64,000 nt of DNA from Neocallimastix sp. 'constans' (Eukaryota). The stretch lies in NCBI GenBank assembly GCA_050613775.1, contig JBODTK010000013.1, positions 310,001 to 374,000 of the forward strand. Direction: 5' to 3'. Positions within the stretch are counted from its first letter, which is position 1. Each line of letters begins with the position of its first letter. Below, one piece after another: positions 1 through 13,009 of the stretch. The position numbers were made by a program, and so were the translations under genes. The notes below the pieces were generated by a model. It was not told the origin of the DNA. It did not search any database and saw only the letters and a program-made list of their open reading frames with translations.

Positions 1-375
1 TAAACTTCCTATATTTAGTTTATCTAAATTTCTATTTATTTTATTTTATTTTATTTTATATTATTTTATTTTTATTAATACTTTACTCTTTTATATTACT
101 TCACTATTTATTTTATTTTATTTTATCAATCTGTACTTTAATTATATTCAATATTTCTTTTATTTTATTTTATTTTATTTTATATTTATTTTATTTCAAT
201 CTCACCTTTATACTTTATTATTTATTTTTTTTAAATAATTATTTATTTATTTGATTTTATTTAATAATAAATCTTTTATTTTTTTTATTATGTTTTTCTA
301 AAATTTTTCTTTCGATTTTTATTTAATCCTTAAAGTATTCTTTATATTCGAATTTTCAATTTTTATTTTTTATTA

Positions 376-425
<50 letters not shown>

Positions 426-3400
426 TCATTTCAATTTTTTTTTATTTCTATTAGATATTTTTTATTTATTTTTTTTGTATATTAAACTATAATTTTTATT
501 TTTATTTTTATTTCTTGTTGTTATTTCATTTTTTAATTATAATTTTTATTTTTTAAGCTATTATTCTTATTTTCTATTCTTAATTTTGGCATTTATTTTT
601 GAATTTTATTTCTACAATTTTATTTTTCTTATATATTACTTTTTTTTTATAAAAAGATTCTTTGTTCCATTTCTTTTTTTTAAAATATTTTATTTATTTG
701 ATTTTAGTTTTATGTTTTGTATTTTAACAATAAATACTATTATAATTTTTTTTAATTTTTTATCATATAAAATTATAAATATTTTCTTTTATTTATCTTA
801 TTTATATTCTTATTTTTACGTTGTCATTTCCAATTTTATTGTCATATTTAACTATAGTATTTTTTATTGTAAAATATTTATTTCTGTAATATTTTTTTTT
901 AAGATTTAATTCTAATTTATTTTTATTAATTGTATCTTATATATTTATTTTTATTATAAATATTTTATTCTAATTTTGTTTTAAATTCATTTTTTTTCAT
1001 TATTTTTTATTTTTTTTAATTATATTTAATATTTTTTTAATATTTAATCGATAAAATTTTTATATCTTTACTAAAATAAAAAGGACATATCTTGCTACAA
1101 CAGCTATTTTAAATTAGTACTTGAAAAAATATTCAAATAAATAGTCTTCAATGTCCGATAATGAATAATATTTTGTATAATGAAAAAAAAAATTACTAGA
1201 AAAAATACAATAACAAAAAAAAAAAAAAAGATAGATAATAATAAATAAAAAATATTTTTAGTTAAAAAAAATCAATAAATACTAAATAGTAATAATAAAA
1301 AGTATTATTAAAAAAATATTTTAAATAAGTATTATTAAACCTTGAAATATAAAAAGGCTTTCTTTCTATAAAGTAAAATGTTATTTTTTTAAAAAAAATT
1401 AAATATAATTTATACTGTTTTCATTTATCAATTTTAAGAAATAATTATTTATTTTAAATAAAAAATTAATAATATTATTATTTACTTATTATTATATAAA
1501 TTTGTATAATTAAGGCATATAAAATTTTTTTAATATTGATTAAAGTACACAAAATCATAACTTACTTGACAGTTTTTCTTTTCATTAAATACTTCTACAA
1601 TGTGCGAATAGATAATTTTAGAAAATCCATACTAACAAATATTAACTACTTTAGATAGTATTCAAGTGTAAATATTAATTCAAAAGTATAATATTTTCAT
1701 TAATATTCATTATTTATATATTTTGAATTTTTTAGTTATTCTTATTAATTAGTTATTATAAATTTATTATAAATATATTGAGAATTCTTAATAATTTATC
1801 CTTTGTTAATATATTTAGAATTAATTTTAATTAATTCAAACGATGGCCTTCTCAATCTAGTATATATTACTGATAGAAAGAAATAAAAAGAAAGAAAAAC
1901 AATTATTATTATGTTACGTATTTTATTAGTATCTATGTTGTTATTATCTTTAAAAAAAAAAAAAAGATGTATTCTTTTTGTATGTAATTTCTTTTTGATT
2001 ATTAAATTTTTTTCTGTAAATAAGAAATATTTTATAAGCCAAAAATTTCAGTGTAGAGTTATTTGATTTATAAATAGAAATTGTTTGATTTGAATTTTAA
2101 TGATTTCTTATATAATAGTATGTGTTTTAGTTTTTTTTTTTATTTTTTAATTTTTTTTAAGAAAAATTAATTTAAAAAATCCTTTAAAAGGTATTGAATA
2201 TGCAAAATATTTGTAATATATTTATTGATTCCTATGGTTTGTTTATTTAAATATGCCAAATCATAATTTTAATTAAGTTTACTATTGACATATATATATA
2301 TTTTTCTAATAAAAAATTCTCTTTGAATGGTTTGTTTGCTTGAGACATCTCGAAATATGTTTTAGTTATTTTTTTTTATTCAATATTTTGTTTACCATAT
2401 TTTTATCATTTTTTATTAATTAATTTTTTTCCAGACATTAGAGGAATTGATTCTATAAACTTAAAAATTCAACTGGTTACAAAGTTTTATCCCATTCGTC
2501 ATTAAATAAATTCTATTTTATCGGACTGACATATTTCAATACAGAATATTCTTTGGATACCTAGGTGACTTAATCTATCTCAAGGTATTATTGTTAATCT
2601 TTATTTATAATGGACTGATATATTTTAGCTCAGTCATTAATTATTCTAACCTCGTCTATGTATTGACTGACTTTATATATTTCAGCTCAATTAATTTTCT
2701 TTAATGAATATTTTTTTTTTTTCACTGTATTCCCTAAAAAAGTTAAATATTCATATATAACTATAACTATTAATAAAAAAATTAAGCAAAAAAATAATAA
2801 TAAAACAAAAGTAAAAATAACATCAGTAATATTTTATAAAGAAAATAATTATTTATAAATGAAAGTTTTTAAAATTCGTTTTTTTTCTAAAAAAATAAAG
2901 AATTTGATATTATTAATTAATTTTATTTTTTTTAATGTTAATTTTAATAACAAATTTCTTTATAAAAATATTATTCATAAATATTTTTTTTTATTATAAA
3001 ATATTATTTTAAATTTCACTTAATATTTTTTTTTCCTTTAAATTATAAAAATTATAATTTTTCCTTTTTATTTTTTATTTAAAGTTTCATACAAACTTTA
3101 ATTTTAAACTCTAAATTTTTATTTTTTTATTTTTTTCTTTTTTGTTTTTATTTTTATTCAATTTTATTATTTAATTTTATTTTTTTATATGAAATTTCAA
3201 ACTTTAGTTTTAATTTAATTTCCTTCATTTCTTTTTTTTTTATAATCAGATGTTTCAAAAGCTTCTTTTTAATTTGAATTTTATTTTCTTGTTTTTTTGT
3301 TTATTTTTTATTTTTCAAATAGTTGTTCTTTATTTAAAAGATATGAAAAAACATGACTAATTTTGAAATAGGTTAATAAATAAATAATCTATTTATTCAA

Positions 3401-5939
3401 GTAATAATATTTAAATAATATTAATTTATAAATATACTTTGCATAAAGTAAAAAATTTTTTGTGAAGGTCAAAGCTTTATGAAGAATGCATAATACATAA
3501 TGAAATGAATTATCATATAATAAAACCAGGTATTTATTTTGACTATAATTACTTTATAATAATATTATTAATAAGATAGATTTAATTAATAATAATTGAT
3601 TAATGTATTTTGAAAAAGAAGTAGAATAATTGCTATATATTTTAATGATTACCAATATAAAGTTACTTCTATAACTGTATCAAAATTATTATTTCATGAA
3701 ATTAATTTCTCTAAACAAATTATTAAAAAAAAAATAGTAATTCCTTTATTTAAATTCATTTCTACATATTAGTTGTTGTAATTATAATCTTTTTTATGAT
3801 TTCTTTTTAATTGACTACAATAATTAATTTTTTAAACTTACTTTTAGTAATTCAAGAATCAATAAACTGGTATTAGTGTTTAATATCAATTCTCAATACA
3901 TTAATAATTTAAAACCCAATAAAATACATCATTAAAATAATTTTTATTTAGTAAGCATTAAATAGAATGCTTTATCATATTATTTAAAATAGTAATATAT
4001 ATTTTACTTTTTAATATAAAATTAATTTGTAATCAACCATCATCAAAATGGAATTTTATGATTATATTTGTCTTGGATAAATTTATAAAAGTTTGATAAA
4101 AAAAAAAACTCTTATAAAAATAAATAATAAATTAGAAGACAATAATTAATCAGTTTCAAATAAAACATGATATCTACAGTGTTTAAAGAATTATTAATGG
4201 ATAAATAATTTCTTTTTTTTTAACTTTTGAAAATAACTAAAACTTAATTTATTTTTATTTACAAAATTAATCCTAATAAGTTACATAATGCATTATTATA
4301 TATTTTAGATTGTTAATATCAAAGTTAAGTAGAAAAGTAATCATCACAAAAAAATATTGACAATATTATCATAAATATCCATCAAGAGCTTTTTGTATAT
4401 AATTATTAATTATATTAAACTATTTTATTTATTTAAATTAATAAATAAGATTTAAAAAAATACATAAAATTTAAAATATTAGAACTATATATTAAACTCT
4501 AAAAAAGTAAAAATAAATTATTAATATATAAAATTATTATACATATATAATAGAAATTGTTCAAATTTAATTGTTATATTGTTTTATTGATTAGTATTTT
4601 ACATTCTCTTTGTTTATTACTAAAATTATGAATATAAATCTTCAAAATATTTAATATATAATATATATATATATTATTTTTAAATTAAAATTTTTTTCTA
4701 TTTTTTAAAATCAGATTGTGTCTCTTTATTTAATGATGATAATATATCTAATAGTTTAATATTAGATATTTCTATTGTTAGTTCAATATAAAATCATAAT
4801 AAAATAAAATATATTTTATTTTTTATATTTAATAAAAAATATATGTATTTTTAAAATCAAAACCGAATTGTTATATCAGTTTTTTGTTTTACATTACTTT
4901 TTTTTTTTTCACCTATGACTACATTTTACAATGGAATAATCATCTTTCTGACATTAAATAAGGTAGATATATTTTCCTATCATTTTACTACTACTTTTTC
5001 AGAAATATAATAAAAAAATTTTTAAAATTCGTTAGATTCTACTGAATTATTTATCTTTTATTTTTATTTTCTTTTTATTTTTTATAAATTTTATTTTAAT
5101 CCTTCATTATATATTTTCATTTTATTGGAAATAGTTTTACCCAATGATATGGACTATTTTTCTAGATTCATTAAGGATTGAAAGAAAAGGAATATACTAT
5201 ACTAAGTGTACTAATTATAGTTTTCAGTAATTCTGTTGATAATCAATGGTTATACTTTCTTAAGTGGGTTTTAGTAAGAAGAGAAAAAAATATGTAATAT
5301 TAAATGACTATAGAAAGTGAACAGCGAACCAGATGTTTAGGGTTAGAGATTATATTGTTTTAAAATGGATATGAAGAAATATTAGAATTGTTTAATTAAT
5401 AATATCATGTAGTTTCTACATATTATCATTGTAATGAATCTTTTTTTAGTTTTTACTTTAGCGTTAGTTTGAATACGTATTTTTCTATAGTATTATTTAA
5501 AATCATGTGGCTATTGTAAAATGGAAATGTAGGAGATTGATTCACTCCAAAGCTTTTGTTTAAGACTTTATTTATTTAAGGAATGGAAATCTTTTTATAG
5601 TTTTATACATTCTAAATTTCAACCATTCAAAATTGGTAAAAGTATTTTAAAAATCAAGATAATTAGTAAAAATTTTATATTGTAGATGTTCCATGTGAAA
5701 TCAGAAGATTTCTTTTTGGTATTTAAAAAAAAAAAAAAAAAATTAAATATCTAATAACACATCCTATACATATTCAGTAAATCCCACTTCAACAAATTTA
5801 GTAAATATTATAAATAACAATTATGTTCTCAATACTCCCAATATACCTAACTTTCAAAATCATATTTCACATTCTAACACAAGAATAGCAATGGATGAAA
5901 TTTCGTGAAAAGAGATAGTATTGAATACTTCAACACAAT

Positions 5940-6530
5940 TTTTAAAACCATTGTTTCTATGTATTCTGGAAACAGGTAATAGGACTAATGATCTTAGATA
6001 TCCTTGTAATGTGACACTTTTCAATTACGAATATTTCTAGAAAAGAATGGATCCAAATACACCAGGTTGTAGTATTTTATATCTTGGGTATCATGTCTCG
6101 TAACAAAGGGTCCTTTATAATAATTCATATGCTCACTTCTTTTCTTTAACAATATATAGTCTATAGAATTATTTTAAGTGTTCTGAAGGTAATGTCTAAA
6201 TTTTCACTAAGAAACACTCATTACAGGTCCGATATGCATTCTCTGAAATTTTAATATGGCTTCAGAAAAATCATCCATCTATTCTTGGAGACTTTAACAT
6301 GAGCAACGCAGATTTACAAGATAGATTAATCTATACTAACCTTGGTAACTGGTTTATTCTTCCCGATTAATGATTCATCTATTTCATGGACTAGAGGTAG
6401 ATATTCATCAGATATTAATCATGCATTTAGATACATTAAGTATGGGTTAGGGTTAATGGCTTATTTCGTTGATTATCCTTCTGTAGTTTATTTCATGAAA
6501 TCTACCACAGATGAATCATATTTGTAATCA
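5940..6530 (+). mobile_element. Degenerate LINE (non-LTR retrotransposon) APE-endonuclease fragment
   Basis: Fragmentary frames give LCILETG, HPSILGDFN (~6272-6298) and SWTRGRYSSDINH; many stops and frameshifts. Confidence 0.65.
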
Positions 6531-6649
6531 AAAAAAAAAAAAAAAAAAAAATTGTAAAAAGGGATAGATATAAAATATCTTGAATTTATGAAAGAAATTT
6601 GTTATAAAAATAAATTTGATATTTAATCATCAGAAATGGTTTGGTTCTT

Positions 6650-8150
6650 AAACTAAACCTCCCATTCCTTTTTATAATTTAAATCAATAATGACTGCAGC
6701 TCTTCCACTAAGGAACCAGGTTCTGTCCTGGTTGTTAGTTTGTGGGCTAAAATACATAAAGCTCCTGGTTCTATCCGACTTATGGCCATTTTTCAAGTTT
6801 TTCCATTTTTTAAAATATCTTAATTGAGTAATCAATCGCATATTTTACCAATAGGGGAGGAATATTAAATTTCTTTGACACATAATAAAGTGATGAAAAA
6901 CTATTCCCATTATAAAATCCTTCAATCCTGTATAAATCCTGTATTAAAAAGTGTCTGTGTATTTCTCGTCCTTTCTTTGCTTGATCCAAGAAGAAGTGTA
7001 TAAAACGAAGCATGCCCAATTACTATAGAAGAGAATAACATTCATTTATAAGAGATAGGTATATAAGGATTCTTAAGAAATCCTTTAATAAAATAAATGC
7101 TTATCTAACTTTAATATTAATTCTTTATATGATCGGTTTCATTTCTTATTTTTTGAAAACGTTACACCCAAGTAGGTAGAGCAATTCGTTTTAAGTAACT
7201 GTTGAATTGATAGATAAAAGACGGAGTTACTATTAAGAAATATTGAAACTTCCCTTATACTACTAAACTTGCTCATTTATTGATACTAAATTTCATTTCA
7301 TTATTTCTAGTCCACTTATTAGTTAATTTTAACAATTTCTTAATTTGAGATCTTGTAGGAGCACATAACACAATGTCATCTTCAAAGACTCCTCCACAAC
7401 AACATTTATCACTAATAGAGATTCATTATTTATTATATTTATTAAAAATGTTATTAATGAACAAGTTAAAAAAAAATAGTAAGTGGAGATATCCTTGATC
7501 AACAATTTTCTTATTACTAAAATGATAAGGATAATGTTCCATTAACATTATTTTATGGATCTCTTTTTTTTTTGAATAGAAATAGTCATATGAGTTATTC
7601 CATAATTTTGGAAAATCACCATTCCTAATATGATTGATTAAAGTTTTGAGATATATAAAGTCAGATGAAATATTACAATCATTTTAACCAGGAATTAAAG
7701 CTTAATGGAATTCTATTTGAATCTCATCAGGACCACAAACTTTAAAGTTAGGAGTAGATAAGATCAATATTTAATGAATATCTTCCTCTTGTTCATGAAA
7801 CAGATGAACTATCAATCGGGAGAATAAATCAGTCACCGAGGTTACTGTCGGTTAATTTTTTTTGTAAATGTGAGGTGCTCATGTTAAAGTAACCAGGAAG
7901 AATAGATGGATGATTAATGTGATTTTGAAGCCATGTGAAAACTTCAGAGAATACATGTCGGACTTGTAATGAGAGTTTCTTAGTGAAAATATGCACATTA
8001 ACTTCAGAATACTTATATTGATTCCATAAACTATATGTTTTTGAAGAAACAAGATGAAAATAGGAATTATCAACCAGGTGTATTTGGATCCATTCTTTTC
8101 TATAAATATTTGTAGTTGGGAAGTGTTACTTAAAATAATATAATCCAAAA
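6650..8150 (-). mobile_element. Degenerate, internally deleted LINE (endonuclease, RT, C-terminal remnants)
   Basis: Minus strand: GPDEIQIEF (~7735), QG..SPL(L)F.LFIN (~7495-7455), GGVFEDDIVLCAP (FADD-like, ~7395-7357), TYLGVTF (~7180); shares AGAAAAGAATGGATCCAAATACACC with the + copy. Confidence 0.7.
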
Positions 8151-8169
8151 ATTTACTGTGAAAAATTTC

Positions 8170-8929
8170 ATAAGTAATTTAATTTTGATTTCCTTGGTAT
8201 GGAATTCGTTTTGTAGATGACTACAACCGACTTCCATGAAGCTTGTATTGTTGATTATGAACTTCTAGAAGTTCATGACTAATTCTGATTCATGAAGAAA
8301 TGCTTTAACAAAAGAAATAAGTTTACCATTGAACTTTTTGGTTTCACCATTTTGGCTTAAATTGATTTTTTTTGTTACATTTTCTTCACATATGGTATGA
8401 AAGTAATTATTTCTTTAAGTTCTTTTCCATTGTCAAAGCCGATGGTTTTTATGGTAATATTTGTAACTTGATAATTTTTTTTTTTTCCATTTACAGGTAA
8501 AATAGTAAAATATTGTTTTATATTTTATGATGTTGATTGAGTAAATAGATATTGTTTGTAGTACTTCTTGAAGCACCAGAATCAAAGATCCAAATCGTAA
8601 AATTATTATCATTAATTCTTTAATTTTATTATAGTTATTTATTAAATTAGTTTAAATGCTATTGATTTCTTAAGTATTGAAAAATAATTTTTTGAAAAAT
8701 CTTCTTGGCGATTATTATTATATTAGTTCTCTTTTTTTGTGAAGTATATATGTTATTATTAATTTAATTTTAATAATTTTTTTATTTAATTTTTTTTTTG
8801 TCTTTATTAGGATTATTATTGATTAGTTTGTTTAAAGTTGTTTCTTTTATTTTTAAAGTAATTTTTTATATTGTGACCCTATTTCTAGCAAAAAAAAAGA
8901 AATCACTTCGGGTTCTTTGTTTTAAAGTA

Positions 8930-8965
<36 letters not shown>

Positions 8966-9560
8966 TTTTATTTTAATTTTTTTTGTGAACATGTTTGTAG
9001 ATGAAAAATACTTTCTGAATATTTTTTTTTTGAATCTTCTTTCCTTTAAGATGAGAGAATCCTAATATCTGGAACTGTCCTTTTAAAGTAAATATAGTAT
9101 TCTAATTGTTATTGAATTGGAAAACGTTGATCCACCTTAAAGTTTCTTTCAAGAAATTTTATAGGATAAATTTTTAATTTGGAATTTGAACATATGGGGC
9201 ATTTTGTTTTTCATCTTTAATAATATATCTTTTATTAATGTCATTGTGACTAAGATGTCTGTGCCACAAGTAGATTTTTTTCAATTTTAATAAAATATGA
9301 TTATTATATCAAAATTATTTTTATGTAGTTTGATTTGTTAAATTTGATTTTATGGTTAACCATATTTTGAATATATTTTGATTATTTATACATAGATTAA
9401 TAATTCTTTTTCCAGATTCATCGTAGATTGGTAGAATAGGATTAGTAATTTCGATTAAAGAATATTACTTAATAGGATTGATGGGTGAGTTTTGAGACAG
9501 ATAATTCTTTTTTATTAACATTAATTGAGAAATTTACATTTTTAAGGGAAAATTTTGTAT
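8170..9560 (-). mobile_element. Degenerate, rearranged Ty1/Copia fragments
   Basis: Minus strand: LWHRHLSH and CPICSNSK (~9270-9180), LRWINVFQ (~9145), WIFDSGAS (~8590), DNGKE (~8430), QNG..KFNG (~8355), RIP(Y)QG (~8205). Confidence 0.75.
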
Positions 9561-9769
9561 CATTTAGATATGTAATGAAATCACTATAAAAAGTAAACAA
9601 TTAATTATAATTAAATTATAAATAAAAACTATAAATAGATGTAAAATTTCTCAATAAAATATTTTTAAATTCGCATTTTTATAAATCATTTATATGTAAT
9701 TTAAAATGTTATATTAACTAATTAAAATATTAATTAATATTTATATTTTAATAAATTAATAAAACTAGT

Positions 9770-11270
9770 TCCTTATAAAGGAACTTAAATCCCATTCACC
9801 ATTTTCTCTGACCATCATAATCTTTTGTACTATAAGAAATCTGAGAAAATGTCACAAAGACTTTTTCGTTGGACTCTTTTCTTATCAGAATTTAACTTCA
9901 AAATCACCTTTCTTGCAGAATCTACTTATGGTAAACCTGATGCACTTTCCTGAAGACCTGATTATGCATCAAAGAGGAAGAACTATACTTTGATATTCTT
10001 TTTAATGTACTTAAATTAGATAATTTTTGCGTAGATGCTTCCATTGCCTATTTAAATGATCAAATATTCTATGAATACAAGAATGGCAAAAGCTTTAAAA
10101 AAATTCTCAAAAAACTCAATTATAAATAAAATTTTCCAAAATCTATTAAACACCAAAAAATATTAAGAAAATTAGTTATATTTTTATTATAACATTATAT
10201 ATATAATATATAATATTTAATTTTATTTATCTTTATATTAAAGATATACCTTGTAATTATAAAAAATATAAAAATAAATAAAAATAAATATTATATATTA
10301 TACATAAAATGTTATAATAAAAATATAACTAATTTTCTTAATATTCTTTGGTGTTTAATAGATTTTGCATTTTATTTCTTTTATATATTTTATTCATATA
10401 TAATAATATTCTGATTGTATAAATTATATTAAAGTCATTATTAAATATTTTTTTATATTCTAATAAAAATCTAACAAATTTTTTTTTAGCAACAACTTCT
10501 TACTTTTCAATAGAAAAATCAGTGTTCCCTCTAATTGTCGTTCTTCCATATTGAATATCTGTCATGACTCTCCTTCTGCTGGTCATTTAGGTTTCAAGAA
10601 ATCTTTCTCTTTGATCAATTGCGACTATTGGTGGTAATCTATGTTAAAAGATAATAAATAATAATACTATTCAAGAATCATTAAATGAATTATCTTTCAA
10701 CGCAAATTATGGTTACAACCTTCGATTCTCACCAGCTGTGCCATGATCTATTAAAGTTCCTCGTGCAGAAGAATTTACAACAAACTTAGAGGAACTTTTT
10801 CAAACAGTTAAAAAGAAAATTTAAAACAAGCAACCTAAAAAGAATTAAAGCTCCTAAATTTAAAGTAAACGACAAAGTTTGGATTAACAGTTCATTCATA
10901 ATAAGAAAAAAAGATAAGAAATAAAAACCAAGAAAGTTAGGACCTTACAAAATACTTTTAAAAAGTCACTCCCGTAAGATACAAAATCGATTTCCCAAAA
11001 AATATAATAATACATTCAATTATCTATGTATTAGATCTTGAACCATACTATGAAGATAATTTTAAAAGAAATAAGGAACCACCACCTCCAATCATACTTA
11101 ATAATAAAGAAGAATATGCAGTAAAAGAAATAATTAACAAAAGAAAACATTTCGTAAAAATTTAATATCTTATCAAGTGGAAAGGATATCTTTTATCTGA
11201 AGCATCTCAGGAACCCGAAGAAAATCTTAACTGTCCAGAGTTACTTAAAAAATTCTATAAATCAAATAAA
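9770..11270 (+). mobile_element. Degenerate chromodomain-bearing Ty3/Gypsy pol 3' half (RNase H, integrase, GPY/F, chromodomain)
   Basis: PFTIFSDHHNL..RWTLFLSEFNF..KPDALS.RPD (9790-9965); CHDSPSAGHLGFKK (~10560); KLGPYKIL (~10935); EEYAVKEII..YLIKWKGY..EPEENLNC (11108-11235); integrase core deleted. Confidence 0.85.
10144..10465 (-). mobile_element. Solo LTR of the Copia-C/D family with an internal fold-back duplication
   Basis: Reverse complement matches LTR 38002-38239 at both ends; flanked by AAATC / AAAATC; interrupts the Gypsy remnant. Confidence 0.7.
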
Positions 11271-11731
11271 GAAACTTGGAAAATAAATTTTTAATATTAT
11301 TATTACTTATTATTATACTTCAAATTCTATATTAATATTAAATTTATTCTTATTAATATCAGTAAACTTTATTATTATATATTATTAATTTTCATATATT
11401 TTATTAATATTCAGGTAACTTTATTAATATCAATGTATTTTTATTATTATCATGTATTGAAATTGTACACCAAATAATTAATAAAATATAATTTATATTA
11501 AATAAATTAATTAAAAAAATTGCTTACTATAGGTTAGCTTAGTTTTGTGATTCTTCTGGCATCTGAATCCTTGTTAAGTTTTTCGCCGTTTAAGAAAGGT
11601 TACGGATTGAGTAGCGTAAAGATTCTCAATTTGGGTTAAATTGGTCAGATCAAGATGTTGATATTAATTATAACAATTAATTAAATTTAAATAATTAGCA
11701 ACACACAATATTAATTAAGAAATTCAATAAT

Positions 11732-11995
11732 TGTAAAGATGTGATTATTAATTAATAAAATTCATTAGGATAGTTTTATATTAGAATATATGTAATTTAA
11801 ATAAAATAATATATTATTAATGTATTTAGGAAAAGTATAAATAGAAGATACTTTTCACTTTTTTTTTTTTCGATGTAATTGTTATTAACTATTATTAATT
11901 ATTAAACATTAAGAAAGAAAATTTTTAATAAAAAATTTAATAAAACAAAATTTTATCGTGAAGTTATTGTAATCTATTTTAGTGTTAGTTTTACA
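11732..11995. mobile_element. Solo LTR-like element, short form (264 bp)
   Basis: TGTAAA...TTTACA termini, 5-bp TSD ATAAT; homologous to 46436-47133. Confidence 0.8.
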
Positions 11996-12205
11996 ATAAT
12001 TAAATATTTATGCTTTATTTGAACTTTATTTAATACATTTTATTAATAATTTTTACTAAGATTAATATTAAGAAATTATTGTTATAATTAATATTAACGT
12101 TATAGATTACATTTAAGGATTATTAATTTAATAAAGATTTTAAAGGATGAAATTTTAAATACTTTTTATGCTAATCTTAAATAATAAATAATAATTTAGT
12201 TAAAT

Positions 12206-12378
12206 AATACATTTAATTTTAATATATTCATACATGAATAAAAATTATATAAAATATAATAATAAACTAATATTGATAAGAATTTTTTAATAATACATTT
12301 AATTTTAATATATTCATACATGAATATAAGTTATATAAAATTTAATAATAATAAACTAATATTGATAAAAACTTTTTA
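12206..12378. repeat. Tandem duplication, ~86-bp unit x2
   Basis: TAATACATTTAATTTTAATATATTCATACATGAATA...AACTAATATTGATAA present twice. Confidence 0.75.
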
Positions 12379-13009
12379 ATAAAATAACTATATAATTATT
12401 CATAAAAAATTTAATACTAAAATAATTTAATACTAAAATAATATAAAATAAAATAAAATAAAAATAAAATGAATTAAAATATTAAAACTAATTAGTTTTA
12501 ATATTTTAATTCATTTTAGTCGTTTTTTGAAATCTTTAGAATTATTTAGAATTCTTAAGAATCTTTTAGAAATTATAGAATAATATTATAATAATCTATC
12601 TAAAATTTATTGACTTGTTAAAATATTATAAAATATTACTAATTACTAAATCTATATTTTTAATTATTAATATTTGTTTATAAAAATTAGTAATATAAAA
12701 TTCAAGGTAAAGATTTTATCTATATAAATTATTAATTAATTATTTAGGGTCTTTTTATAATTAATTAAATCATTTTTTATAATTAAATTTTCTTTAAAGT
12801 CCAATATCTCATCTCCTACTAGTCTAATTAATTTGAAATTAATATGTATTGTAGTTCACAGTCGATACCTTCTAATAAATATAATATAGCATGAAATCTC
12901 AATATTTCCATTTTTTGTTTCTAATTATTAATATTTCTAATATTTGTTTTAATAATAAAAATCAAATTTAAAATAATTTTTGTCAATAACGGAATTAAAT
13001 TTCAATTGA

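Noticed and set aside
586..909. Hydrophobic F/I/Y-rich ORFs (also 8798, 17105, 58840)
   Set aside because: Translation of T-rich or A-rich low-complexity DNA, mostly with non-ATG starts; no domain signal
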